From positions 264,847 to 328,846 of the forward strand of contig NIVC01001103.1 of assembly GCA_002269645.1 (NCBI GenBank): a stretch of DNA of 64,000 nt, given 5' to 3'. Of this stretch, positions 24,001 to 35,560 are shown in pieces; positions within the stretch are counted from its first letter, which is position 1, and each line of letters starts with the position of its first letter. Position numbers and translations under genes: made by a program. Source of the DNA: Macrostomum lignano (taxonomy: Eukaryota). Below the pieces are notes generated by a model, which was not told where the DNA came from, made no database searches, and saw only the letters and a list, made by a program, of their open reading frames with translations.

Positions 24001-26364
24001 GTGTCGTATATGAAGTGTCGGAGATATGAAGTCTTGGAGATATGAAGTGTCGGAGATATGAAGTCTTGGAGATATGAAGTGTCGGAGATATGAAGTGTCG
24101 AAGATATGAAGTGTCAGATATGAAATCTTGGAGATATGAAGCTTAGAGGTATGAAGCTCGGAGATATGAAGCTCGGAGATATGAAGTGTCGCAGATATGT
24201 AGTGTCATATATGAAGTGTCGAGATATGAAGCTCGGAGGTATGAAGTGTCGGAGATATGAAGCTCGGAGGTATGAAGTGTCGGAGATATGAAGCTCGGAG
24301 GTATGAAGTGTCGGAAATATGAAGCTCGGAGATATGAAGCTCGGAGGTATGAAGTGTCGGAGATATGAAGCTCGGAGATATGAAGCTCGGAGATATGAAG
24401 CTCGGAGATATGAAGTGTCGCAGATATGAAGCTCTTAGATATGAAGTGTCGCAGATATGAAGCTCGGAGATATGAAGTGTCGATATGAAGTGTCGGAGAT
24501 ATGAAGTGTCAGATATGAAGTGTCAGATATGAAGTCTTGGAGATATGAAGTGTCAGATATGAAGTGTCGGAGATATGAAGTGTCAGATATGAAGTGTCGG
24601 AGATATGAAGCTCGGAGATATGAAGCTCGGAGGTATGAAGTGTCGGAGATATGAAGCTCGGAGATATGAAGTGTCGGAGATATGAAGTGTCAGATATGAA
24701 GCTCGGAGATATGAAGTGTCGGAGATATGAAGTGTCAGATATGAAGCTTGGAGATATGTAGTGTCATATATGAAGTGTCGGAGATATGAAGTGTCGGAGA
24801 TATGAAGTGTCAGATATGAAGCTTGGAGATATGAAGCTCGGAGATATGAAGCTTGGAGATATGAAGTGTCAGAGATATGAAGTGTCGTATATGAAGTGTC
24901 GGAGATATGAAGTCTTGGAGATATGAAGTGTCGGAGATATGAAGTCTTGGAGATATGAAGCTTGGAGATATGAAGTGTCGGAGATATGAAGTGTCGTATA
25001 TGAAGTGTCGGAGATATGAAGTCTTGGAGATATGAAGTGTCGGAGATATGAAGCTCGGAGATATGAAGCTCGGAGGTATGAAGCTCGGAGATATGAAGTG
25101 TCGGAGATGTGAAGCTCGGAGATATGAAGTGTCGGAGATATGAAGTGTCGGAGATGTGAAGCTCGGAGATATGAAGTGTCGTATATGAAGTGTCGGAGAT
25201 ATGAAGTCTTGGAGATATGAAGTGTCGGAGATATGAAGTCTTGGAGATATGAAGTGTCGGAGATATGAAGTCTTGGAGATATGAAGTGTCGGAGATATGA
25301 AGCTTGGAGATATGAAGCTCGGAGATATGAAGTGTCGGAGATATGAAGCTCGGAGATATGAAGCTCGGAGATATGAAGCTCGGAGATATGAAGCTCGTAG
25401 ATATGAAGCTCGGAGGTATGAAGCTCGGAGATATGAAGCTCGGAGATATGAAGCTCGTAGATATGAAGCTCGGAGGTATGAAGTGTCGGAAATATTAAAG
25501 AGGTGCATTCGGAGATATGAAGTCTTGGAGATATGAAGTGTCGGAGATATGAAGCTTGGAGATATGAAGCTCGGAGATATGAAGCTGGTAGATATGAAGC
25601 TCGGAGATATGAAGCTCGTAGATATGAAGCTCGGAGGTATGAAGCTCGGAGATATGAAGCTCGGAGGTATGAAGCTCGGAGATATGAAGCTGGTAGATAT
25701 GAAGCTCGGAGGTATGAAGCTCGGAGATATGAAGTGTCGGAGATGTGAAGCTCGGAGATATGAAGTGTCGGAGATATGAAGTGTCGGAGATGTGAAGCTC
25801 GGAGATATGAAGTGTCGTATATGAAGTGTCGGAGATATGAAGTCTTGGAGATATGAAGTGTCGGAGATATGAAGTCTTGGAGATATGAAGTGTCGGAGAT
25901 ATGAAGTCTTGGAGATATGAAGTGTCGGAGATATGAAGCTTGGAGATATGAAGCTCGGAGATATGAAGTGTCGGAGATATGAAGCTCGGAGATATGAAGC
26001 TCGGAGATATGAAGCTCGGAGATATGAAGCTCGTAGATATGAAGCTCGGAGGTATGAAGCTCGGAGATATGAAGCTCGGAGATATGAAGCTCGTAGATAT
26101 GAAGCTCGGAGGTATGAAGTGTCGGAAATATTAAAGAGGTGCATTCGGAGATATGAAGTCTTGGAGATATGAAGTGTCGGAGATATGAAGCTTGGAGATA
26201 TGAAGCTCGGAGATATGAAGCTGGTAGATATGAAGCTCGGAGATATGAAGCTCGTAGATATGAAGCTCGGAGGTATGAAGCTCGGAGATATGAAGCTCGG
26301 AGGTATGAAGCTCGGAGATATGAAGTGTCGGAAATATTAAAGAGGTGCATTCGGAGATATGAGC
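12057..26364. mobile_element. Putative foldback/MITE-like element whose right arm has expanded into the satellite
   Basis: The ends are GCTCATATC (12057-12065) and GATATGAGC (26356-26364). Inverted unit copies lie at 12072-12091 and 12121-12133, and a GGTTAGGGTT spacer at 12133-12142. No clear target-site duplication was seen. Confidence 0.45.
12160..26364. repeat. ~14.2-kb satellite of 14-16-bp units (GAAGCTCGGAGATAT, GAAGTGTCGGAGATAT, GAAGTCTTGGAGATAT, GAAGCTTGGAGATAT, GAAGTGTCAGATAT), ~900 units, mosaic higher-order blocks
   Basis: Direct reading. Identical repeat ORFs are offset by 4174, 2593 and 636 bp. Confidence 0.98.
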
Positions 26365-26772
26365 GCCCCCTCATACTGATAAAAACACGATTTGTCGATG
26401 GTAACAAAAATGGTTTTTTAAAATAAGAAATTTTTGCAGTTTTAAAACACGTGGGTAGGTACATTTTATTAACCAATATACACGTTCACTAGGTACTACA
26501 AATCAAATGCTAAACAAACTTCTGAACTAAATCAGCAATTTTTTAACTTTATATTTAGCTATTCATATATATAAAAGAACTAGCGTATGCACGCAACAAG
26601 ACTTGTGTTATTATTAGCCATACTAAAAAGGCTGCAACTGCTGACCGCACAGGGAAAATGACACGCTTTTAAAAGTAAAAAACTTCATTTTGTCAGACAA
26701 ATCTTAGAGTGGTTTAAGCAGTGTACGAAGGGGAAGACTAACACTGCAGTTCACAGGAGCGATTCTTTCTCT

Positions 26773-27855
26773 GGCGTCAGGGGCGATTCTCACCGAATTC
26801 AGCGTCAGGGGCGATTCTCACCCAATTCAGCGTCAGGGGCGATTCTCACTGAATTCAGCGCCAGGGGCGATTCTCACCCAATTTAGCGTCAGGGGCGATT
26901 CTCACCGAATTCAGCGTCAGGGGCGATTCTCACCCAATTTAGCGTCAGGGGCGATTCTCACCGAATTCAGCGTCAGGGGCGATTCTCACCCAATTTAGCG
27001 TCAGGGGCGATTCTCACCCAATTCAGCGTCAGGGGCGATTCTCACCCAATTTAGCGTCAGGGGCGATTCTCACCCAATTTAGCGTCAGGGGCGATTCTCA
27101 CCGAATTCAGCGTCAGGGGCGATTCTCACCCAATTCAGCGTCAGGGGCGATTCTCACCCAATTTAGCGTCAGGGGCGATTCTCACCCAATTTAGCGTCAG
27201 GGGCGATTCTCACCCAATTTAGCGTCAGGGGCGATTCTCACCCAATTTAGCGTCAGGGGCGATTCTCACCGAATTCAGCGTCAGGGGCGATTCTCACCCA
27301 ATTTAGCGTCAGGGGCGATTCTCACCCAATTCAGCGTCAGGGGCGATTCTCACCCAATTTAGCGTCAGGGGCGATTCTCACCCAATTCAGCGTCAGGGGC
27401 GATTCTCACCCAATTCAGCGTCAGGGGCGATTCTCACCGAATTCAGCGTCAGGGGCGATTCTCACCTAATTTAGCGACAGGGGCGATTCTCACCGAATTC
27501 AGCGTCAGGGGCGATTCTCACCCAATTCAGCGTCAGGGGCGATTCTCACCGAATTCAGCGTCAGGGGCGATTCTCACCCAATTTAGCGACAGGGGCGATT
27601 CTCACCGAATTCAGCGTCAGGGGCGATTCTCACCCAATTTAGCGTCAGGGGCGATTCTCACCCAATTTAGCGTCAGGGGCGATTCTCACCCAATTTAGCG
27701 TCAGGGGCGATTCTCACCCAATTCAGCGTCAGGGGTGATTCTCACTCACTTCAGTGTCAGGGGTGATTCTCACTCACTTCAGTGTCAGGGGTGATTCTCA
27801 GTCACTTCGGCGTCAGGGGCGATTCTCACCTAATTCAGCGCCAGGGGCGATTCTT
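26773..27855. repeat. 28-bp minisatellite AGCGTCAGGGGCGATTCTCACCCAATT(T/C), ~38 copies
   Basis: Direct reading. Confidence 0.97.
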
Positions 27856-28042
27856 ACTTCGGTCACTTATGAGACTTGGGATGAAAAAAGAAATTTTGAT
27901 TCGGTGCTAGGGGCAATCATTGCTGACTTATCAGAGGTCACATAAATTCCAGAGACTAAAGAAACAGTTGATGGGGCAATCTAAACTGCAAGTGCAACAA
28001 CAACAGACATTGATTGAAATGATTTATGAGCGCATCGATGGC

Positions 28043-30357
28043 TCACGGCATCACCATGGCAATGAGACACATGAAAGAGCGCAAAGGTCCAACAGATAAC
28101 AGTCGATAGATTACAGGACGCCGTTCCAAAGTGATACACTCTGCTCCGTACATGTCCACCAATATTGACTGAATCCGTCCGTCCGGCTGCAGACGGACTC
28201 GGACAGTGCTCGGACAGTGGACAATAGAATCGCTGAACAGGCTTTTCCGCCAGGAAAAATTATAGACTGCAACAATTTCGTCTGGGCTTGGATAGACAGC
28301 CAGCTGATTAGTGTGGCCCATGGGGTGGTACTTGCTAGCCCAGCGGAGCAGCCGGTTCACCTGCTTGTGACCGACGGCCCGGACTGAGATCTCCTCGTAG
28401 GTGACGGATTCGGCTAGGCAGGCCGGGTCCGGCTCCGACTGCCGCATCTCGGGCAGGGTGAACAACTGGTCCAGGTAGCGCTTCGCCACTAGCTGCGGCT
28501 GGGTTGGCTCCAGCTGGGGACAGCCATGATGGTGGGGAATAGGGGATCATGATGGTGAGGAATAGGGGATCATGATGGTGAGGAATAGGGGATCATGATG
28601 GTGGGGAATAGGGGATCATGATGGTGGGGAATAGGGGATCATGATGGTGGGAATAGGGGATCATGGTGGGGAATAGGGGATCAAGATGGTGGGGAACAGG
28701 GGATCATGATGGTGGGGAATAGGGGATCATGATGGTGGGGAACAGGGGATCATGATGGTGGGGAATAGGGGATCATGGTGGGGAATAGGGGATCAAGATG
28801 GTGGGGAATAGGGGATCATGATGGTGGGGAACAGGGGATCATGATGGTGGGGAATAGGGGATCATGATGGTGGGGAATAGGGGATCATGATGGTGGGGAA
28901 TAGGGGATCATGATGGTGGGGAACAGGGGATCATGATGGTGGGGAATAGGGGATCATGGTGGGGAATAGGGGATCAAGATGGTGAGGAACAGGGGATCAT
29001 GATGGTGGGGAATAGGGGATCATGATGGTGGGGAATAAGGGATCATGATGGTGGGGAACAGGGGATCATGATGGTGGGAAATAGGGAATCATGATGGTGG
29101 GAAATAGGGGACCATAATGGTTGGGAATGGGGGATCATGATGGTGAGGAATAGGGGATCATGATGGTGGGGAATAGGGGATCATGATGGTGGGGAATAGG
29201 GGATCATGATGGTGGGGAATAGGGGATCATGATGGTGGGGAATAGGGGATCATGATGGTGGGGAATAGGGGATCATGATGGTGGGGAACAGGGGATCATG
29301 ATGGTGGGGAATAGGGGATCATGATGGTGGGGAATAGGGGATCATGATGGTGGGGAATAGGGGATCATGATGGTGGGGAATAGGGGATCATGATGGTGGG
29401 GAATAGGGGATCATGATGGTGGGGAATAGGGGATCATGATGGTGGGGAATAGGGGATCATGATGGTGGGGAACAGGGGATCATGATGGTGGGGAATAGGG
29501 GATCATAATGGTGGGGAATAGGAGATCATGATGGTGGGGAATAGGGGATCAAGATGGTGGGGAATAGGGGATCAAGATGGTGGGGAATAGGGGATCATGA
29601 TGGTGGGGAATAGGAGATCATGATGGTGGGGAATAGGGGATCAAGATGGTGGGGAATAGGGGATCAAGATGGTGGGGAATAGGGGATCATGATGGTGGGG
29701 AATAGGGGATCAAGATGGTGGGGAATAGGGGATCAAGATGGTGGGGAATAGGGGATCATGATGGTGGGGAACAGGGGATCATGATGGTGGGAAATAGGGA
29801 ATCAAAATGGAGGGGAATAGGGGATCAAAATCGTGGGAAATAGGGGATCATGATGGTGGGGAATAAGGGATCATGATGGTGGGGAACAGGGGATCATGAT
29901 GGTGGGAAATAGGGAATCATGATGGTGGGAAATAGGGGACCATAATGGTTGGGAATGGGGGATCATGATGGTGAGGAATAGGGGATCATGATGGTGGGGA
30001 ATAGGGGATCATGATGGTGGGGAATAGGGGATCATGATGGTGGGGAATAGGGGATCATGATGGGGAATAGGGGATCATGATGGTGGGGAATAGGGGATCA
30101 TGATGGTGGGGAATAGGGGATCATGATGATGGGGAATAGGGGATCATGATGGTGGGGAATAGGGATCATGATGTAAGATAAGGATCGTGCCATAAAACAG
30201 ACACACGCACCTGAGGCAGTTCTTTAACAGCGTTGACCTGCTCTATATAAGACTTGCTATCCAGTATAGACATCAAGCTGTTCACAGTCAACCCGGTGCC
30301 GATATACGCGCCAAAAATAGATGGCGTTATAAAAAGCAGACTGCGGAAATGCGACAT
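28043..30357 (-). CDS. NTF2/SnoaL-like (DUF2358/C6orf136-like) protein, paralog 2; complement(join(28043..28513,30211..30357)), 205 aa
   Basis: Phase-0 intron with donor CAG|GTGCGT and acceptor TCCCCAG|CTG. The joined frame is open from MSHFRSLL to LIAMVMP*. It aligns with the neighbouring gene (EPTQPQLVAKRYLDQLF vs EPTPAQAATADFLSRLY; TVRVRLQPDGRIQSI vs TLQVRLDSDGRINQL). The fold call is from motif recognition only. Confidence 0.75.
28525..30170. repeat. 23-bp G-rich minisatellite ATGATGGTGGGGAATAGGGGATC, ~70 copies (fills the intron of paralog 2)
   Basis: Direct reading. Confidence 0.97.
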
Positions 30358-30837
30358 GAGTCTGACAGGCTGAGCAGGATATGCATGCAGGCAAACAAGA
30401 ATAAAAATTTGCCAGAATAAAAACGATTGTTAATCTTTAGATTTGAGTTTTGCATTAGAGAGCGGCTCTGGGCACCCGCTGGCCCCATGAGCAAGCACAG
30501 GCTCTCGACTATAAAATGCACGGTGAATCATGTGAAACAAAATCAAACTAAGTCATGAAACATGTCATGCTACTAAATGAATAACTGCTGAGTTATTAGC
30601 GAGCTGAAATATTTATTCTTGACCAAAAAAGTAGGGCGCATGTACAGATAACAAACATTTTAAAGAAACTAGCCTATCTAGCATCGAACACGGAAGGTAC
30701 AAGAAATGCACGATGAATCAGTTTTTTTATCATTTTGTAAACAGTTATTCTCAATTAGATCTCGACTCAATTACGATAAATCAACCATAGCTATTGTTCG
30801 GCTTTCGGCTAACGACGGTCTGACAGGCTTTTGACGA

Positions 30838-31492
30838 ATCCACTGATGGGATTAACATGGAAATAAGCGGAACCCACTGACGGGATAAACATGGAAATAA
30901 GCGGAACCCACTGACGGGATAAACATGGAAATAAGCGGAACCCACTGACGGGATAAACATGGAAATAAGCGGAACCCACTGACGGGATTAACTTGGAAAT
31001 AGGCGGAACCCACTGACGGGATTAACATGGAAATAGGCGGAACCCACTGACGGGATTAACATGGAAATAAGCGGAACCCACTGACGGGATTAACTTGGAA
31101 ATAGGCGGAACCCACTGACGGGATTAACATGGAAATAAGCGGAACCCACTGACGGGATTAACTTGGAAATAGGCGGAACCCACTGACGGGATTAACATGG
31201 AAATAAGCGGAACCCACTGACGGGATTAACATGGAAATAAGCGGAACCCACTGACGGGATTAACATGGAAATAAGCGGAACCCACTGACGGGATTAACAT
31301 GGAAATAGGCGGAACCCACTGACGGGATTAACATGGAAATAAGCGGAACCCACTGACGGGATTAACATGGAAATAGGCGGAACCCACTGACGGGATTAAC
31401 ATGGAAATAGGCGGAACCCACTGACGGGATTAACTTGGAAATAGGCGGAACCCAATAACGGGATTAACATGGAAATAAGCGGAACCTACTGA
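30838..31492. repeat. 34-bp minisatellite GGAACCCACTGACGGGATTAACATGGAAATAAGC, ~19 copies (intergenic)
   Basis: Direct reading. Confidence 0.97.
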
Positions 31493-31623
31493 ATAAGGTG
31501 ACAGGGTGAAGGCAACCCAAAGTAGACAACCAGCACCAATACCCGCCCAAGCAGCTAAGTCTGCAGAGATCAAAGCGAGCCAATCAAAAGCTAAACTAAA
31601 ACACAAAGAGCTGGCAGATTTCT

Positions 31624-33912
31624 CTACCGCACCAAGGAGCTGAGAAGCTCGGGCCCTATAATAGACCAGAAAGTGATAACAGACCGCAGAACAGGCACTA
31701 GCAGTCCATAGTACGCGGCAGCCGGATAGTCTATCTTAGTCAGCACGTGCCAGCCAAATGGTTGCATAGTCAGCTGATTAATTCTACCGTCAGAGTCCAG
31801 CCGAACCTGCAGGGTGATGCCGTCCAGGGCTGGCAGGCGGCTGTCCACCGGGCCGTCCAGCACCAGGCAGAGCCGGTCCGGGCTCATCGCCAGCACGCGG
31901 CTGCCGCGGTTGCCATCGTTATTCCAGACGCCCTGTAAGTCAAATGGAGTGGGGATCTGGGAGGGTGGCTGCATGAACTGTGGATCTGGGAGGTGGCTGC
32001 ATGAACTGGGGATCTGGGAGGGTGGCAGCATGAACTGTGGATCTGGGAGGGTGGCAGCATGAACTGTGGATCTGGGAGGGTGGCAGCATGAACTGGGGAT
32101 CTGCGAGGTGGCTGCATGAACTGTGGATCTGAGAGGGTGGCAGCATGAACCGTGGATCTGGGAGGGTGGCAGCATGAACTGGGGATCTGGGAGGTGGCAG
32201 CATGAACTGGGGATCTGTGAGGTGGCAGCATGAACTGGGGATCTGGGAGGTGGCTGCATGAACTGGGGATCTGGGAGGTGGCAGCATGAACTGGGGATCT
32301 GGGAGGTGGCTGCATGAACTGTGGATCTGAGAGGTGACTGCATGAACTGTGGATCTGGGAGGGTGGCAGCATGAACTGAGGATCTGGGAGGTGGCTGCAT
32401 GAACTGGGGATCTGGGAGGGTGGCAGCATGAACTGTGGATCTGGGAGGGTGGCAGCATGAACTGGGGATCTGGGAGGGTGGCAGCATGAAACTGGGGATC
32501 TGGGAGGTGGCGGCATGAACTGGGGATTTGGGAGGGTGGCAGCATGAACTGGGGATCTGGGAGGGTGGCAGCATGAACTGAGGATCTGGGAGGGTGGCAG
32601 CATGAAACTGGGGATCTGGGAGGTGGCTGCATGAACTGTGGATCTGGGAGGTGGCAGCATGAACTGGGGATCTGGGAGGTGGCAGCATGAACTGGGGATC
32701 TGCGAGGTGGCTGCATGAACTGGGGATCTGGGAGGGTGGCAGCATGAACTGGGGATCTGGGAGGGTGGCAGCATGAACTGGGGATCTGGGAGGTGGCTGC
32801 ATGAACTGGGGATCTGCGAGGTGGCTGCATGAACTGTGGATCTGGGAGGGTGGCAGCATGAACTGAGGATCTGGGAGGTGGCTGCATGAACTGGGGATCT
32901 GGGAGGGTGGCAGCATGAACTGTGGATCTGGGAGGGTGGCAGCATGAACTGGGGATCTGGGAGGGTGGCAGCATGAAACTGGGGATCTGGGAGGTGGCTG
33001 CATGAACTGGGGATCTGGGAGGGTGGCAGCATGAACTGGGGATCTGGGAGGGTGGCAGCATGAACTGAGGATCTGGAAGGGTGGCAGCATGAAACTGGGG
33101 ATCTGGGAGGTGGCTGCATGAACTGTGGATCTGGGAGGTGGCAGCATGAACTGGGGATCTGGGAGGTGGCAGCATGAACTGGGGATCTGCGAGGTGGCTG
33201 CATGAACTGTGGATCTGAGAGGGTGGCAGCATGAACCGTGGATCTGGGAGGGTGGCAGCATGAACTGGGGATCTGGGAGGTGGCAGCATGAACTGGGGAT
33301 CTGTGAGGTGGCAGTATGAACTGGGGATCTGGGAGGTGGCTGCATGAACTGGGGATCTGGGAGGTGGCAGCATGAACTGGGGATCTGGGAGGTGGCTGCA
33401 TGAACTGTGGATCTGAGAGGTGACTGCATGAACTGTGGATCTGGGAGGGTGGCAGCATGAACTGTGGATCTGGGAGGGTGGCAGCGTGAACTGTGGATCT
33501 GGGAGGGTGGCAGCGTGAACTCTGGCCTCTGATCATGAACAATGGCGCGAACCTGAAAGTAGAACACATGCCACAGATATCTCTCCCAGTTGCAGCGACC
33601 GATCAGCTGTTTAGTCGGATCGTCATAGCTGGCATCTTTGCTGACTCTGTCAACAAAATCGCCGTTGGCTAGCGCCCTCTCGAAGTCTTCGCCGGAGCGG
33701 TACAGTCTGCTGAGGAAGTCGGCTGTGGCAGCCTGGGCAGGCGTCGGCTCGCTGAGTCGGCAAGCTGAGGCTTTCCAGTCGGCCTCGGCGTCCGCTAGCT
33801 GGCGCTGGGCGGACCGGTGGCCGGACAGGGTGAACAGCGCCGGACCGGCAACGCAGGCCAGGGCGTAGAGGCGGGCCAGCCGGCCGACCGGTTGGCGAAG
33901 GCGGGCGGTCAT
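31624..33912 (-). CDS. NTF2/SnoaL-like (DUF2358-like) protein, paralog 1; complement(join(31624..31932,33553..33912)), 222 aa; may extend in frame to an acceptor at 33993
   Basis: Donor TTTCAG|GTTCGC and acceptor GACTTACAG|GGC, phase 0. SYDDPTKQLIGRCNWERYL resembles the SnoaL/DUF2358 F/Y-x-D-P...G...Y motif. C-terminal VRLDSDGRI hairpin. Arg-rich, acid-free N-terminus. Confidence 0.78.
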   Translation of the reverse strand: MTARLRQPVGRLARLYALACVAGPALFTLSGHRSAQRQLADAEADWKASACRLSEPTPAQAATADFLSRLYRSGEDFERALANGDFVDRVSKDASYDDPTKQLIGRCNWERYLWHVFYFQVRAIVHDQRPEFTLPPSQIHSSRCHPPRSTVHAATLPDPQFMQSPLRSTVHAATSQIPSSCCHLPDPQFMQPPPRSPVHTATSQIPSSCCHLPDPQFMLPPSQIHGSCCHPLRSTVHAATSQIPSSCCHLPDPQFMLPPPRSTVHAATSQIPSFMLPPFQILSSCCHPPRSPVHAATLPDPQFMQPPPRSPVSCCHPPRSPVHAATLPDPQFMLPPSQIPSSCSHLPDPQFMLPPSQIHSSCSHLADPQFMQPPPRSPVHAATLPDPQFMLPPSQIPSSCSHLADPQFMLPPPRSPVHAATSQIHSSCSHLPDPQFHAATLPDPQFMLPPSQIPSSCCHPPKSPVHAATSQIPSFMLPPSQIPSSCCHPPRSTVHAATLPDPQFMQPPPRSSVHAATLPDPQFMQSPLRSTVHAATSQIPSSCCHLPDPQFMQPPPRSPVHAATSQIPSSCCHLPDPQFMLPPSQIHGSCCHPLRSTVHAATSQIPSSCCHPPRSTVHAATLPDPQFMLPPSQIPSSCSHLPDPQFMQPPSQIPTPFDLQGVWNNDGNRGSRVLAMSPDRLCLVLDGPVDSRLPALDGITLQVRLDSDGRINQLTMQPFGWHVLTKIDYPAAAYYGLLVPVLRSVITFWSIIGPELLSSLVR
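31950..33520. repeat. 28/29-bp G-rich minisatellite CATGAACTGGGGATCTGGGAG(G)GTGGCAG, ~55 copies (fills the intron of paralog 1)
   Basis: Direct reading. The minus strand is stop-free over long stretches in all three frames. Confidence 0.97.
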
Positions 33913-34445
33913 GGCCAGCAGGCGGGACAGCGGGCCGCCGCCACCACCACCACCGACAACTCCGCCAGTTTTGGCCGCTCGTCTCTGGGCTCGCTGAAAG
34001 CCGACAAAATTTTACACTTCTAGTGATACTAAATATAATTGCAGTTGCAGGCTAGTCCTACTGAGCTTGTTTCTCAATGTCACTAGCTTATTTGCAAATT
34101 TGCAGCGCAAGCATAGCACCAAAATTGTAGACAGATTTTGTACGCAATATTTGTCATCCAAATCCAGAATACACTCAGTGTCTGTGTTGCTATGAGCAGG
34201 CAGTCAGACTTGACAACTGAGCCAAAAACTTATGACATTTCGTGCTGCCTCAGCAGTTTTCATTTTCATTCATCGTTCATGCAGCGCACCTGTATAGTGA
34301 TTTTGTAGTGAAAGTTCATGTCCCAGCAGGTGCCTCAACAAAGCAAAGGCCACAGACGACTTTATTGTCCAGTGGTAGGCACGCAAAGATACGGCGGACA
34401 ATTTCGGCAGAAAGTAAATTACAACTTCTCTAGTTTATCTTATTT

Positions 34446-34519
34446 CCACTCAGTGTAAAATTCTTTACACTTGGTGGGAAATCTGTTTTCCACTGAGTGG
34501 GCTCAGCCGAGTATAAAAG
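34446..34519 (+). promoter_or_regulatory. Candidate promoter: paired near-palindromic CCACT(C/G)AGTG sites followed by a TATA box (TATAAAAG)
   Basis: CCACTCAGTG (34446-34455) and CACTGAGTGG (34491-34500) form a 10-bp inverted repeat. TATAAAAG lies at 34512-34519, ~100 bp before the ATG at 34615. Confidence 0.35.
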
Positions 34520-34614
34520 GCCAGCCCCACCGCCTGGAAAGGGCCCAAATCCTTTCTGACTGAACTATTGCACTCGATACTTTAAGCCAGCTCAAGCTCC
34601 TGCGACGACCCGCT

Positions 34615-35560
34615 ATGTCCGAGGACTACGAGGACCTCTTCTCTATGTTAGGGCTGACCAGCCAGCCGGCTAACTAGGGAGACGCTGATGCCTAGGCCAT
34701 TCGTATGATGGATAGCCTCCCCCCAGAACCACCGGCTCCGGAGCTACCAAGCCCCACAGGCGAACTACCTGAAGCAAGTGGGCGCTGGTGGTAAACTGGG
34801 TCCATGCCTCGCAGCCCAGCTCTGCAGCCAAGGTGCAGTTCCAACGGGCCCTTGCTACCGCCATCAAAGACGCAGCCTATCGCCATTGCTGTAATGTGGA
34901 AGGTGACTGGCACTGGTTAGCCAGAATTCTACCCCACCCAGTTGCTGCCCGCCTTGTCCAGGAGGCCTGCCAAGAGGCCCTGCGACGCCAGCAGCAACTG
35001 GGTGGCCCTCGGCTGGCACTTGCCACCCTCCTCTACCAAGGTTGGAAATCCTGTTGCTAGCTGGCCCTTGGGGCTCAAATTCCAGTTGCCAATGGTTATT
35101 TTCGGTTGTCCATTAGCAACTAGCCAAATTCTCGAGGATGGATATTTCCAACGTTATGTTTGAAATTTGAAAAGCAGAAATTTGTTCTCTCAACTCTAAG
35201 ATTGCTATCTATTCTGCAAACAATAACAAACTAACAATTCCAGCATATTGATTCATGGCACTTTTATTACATTTACAAAATCATTTTTTGAAATTGGCAA
35301 CTGGCACGGGGAAAATAAAGTTGCCAGATTGGCCTCTGATGCCAAAAATTCAGTTGCCAATGAGATTTTCCAAGAGGCCAAAAACCCCATATGGCCCAAA
35401 AAACCCTGTCTACTTGGTGTATTGGAAGGTTGGCCTGCTCAGGCATAGATGCCCAGCTGAGCTCCAGCAGCTAGATTGGTCCTGCCTACTCAGTCTGGCC
35501 CAACTCAACAGACACTTAACCACTGATGCCCTCTACCTAGGGCCCAGAGGAGCAGCCTAG
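34615..35560 (+). pseudogene. Decayed GC-rich coding sequence, possibly death-domain-like
   Basis: ATG 34615 is followed by TAG stops at 34675 and 34693. The segment AIKDAAYRHCCNVEGDWHWLARILPHPVAARLVQEACQEALRRQQQLGGPRLALATLLYQ resembles a death-domain helix pattern (W-x-x-L-A-R-x-L). A second GC-rich piece lies at ~35427-35560. Confidence 0.3.

Noticed and set aside
19707-26476. 300-560-aa ORFs (SYLRA/ISELH/EARRY repeats)
   Set aside because: Satellite translations with no unique coding sequence or splice context.
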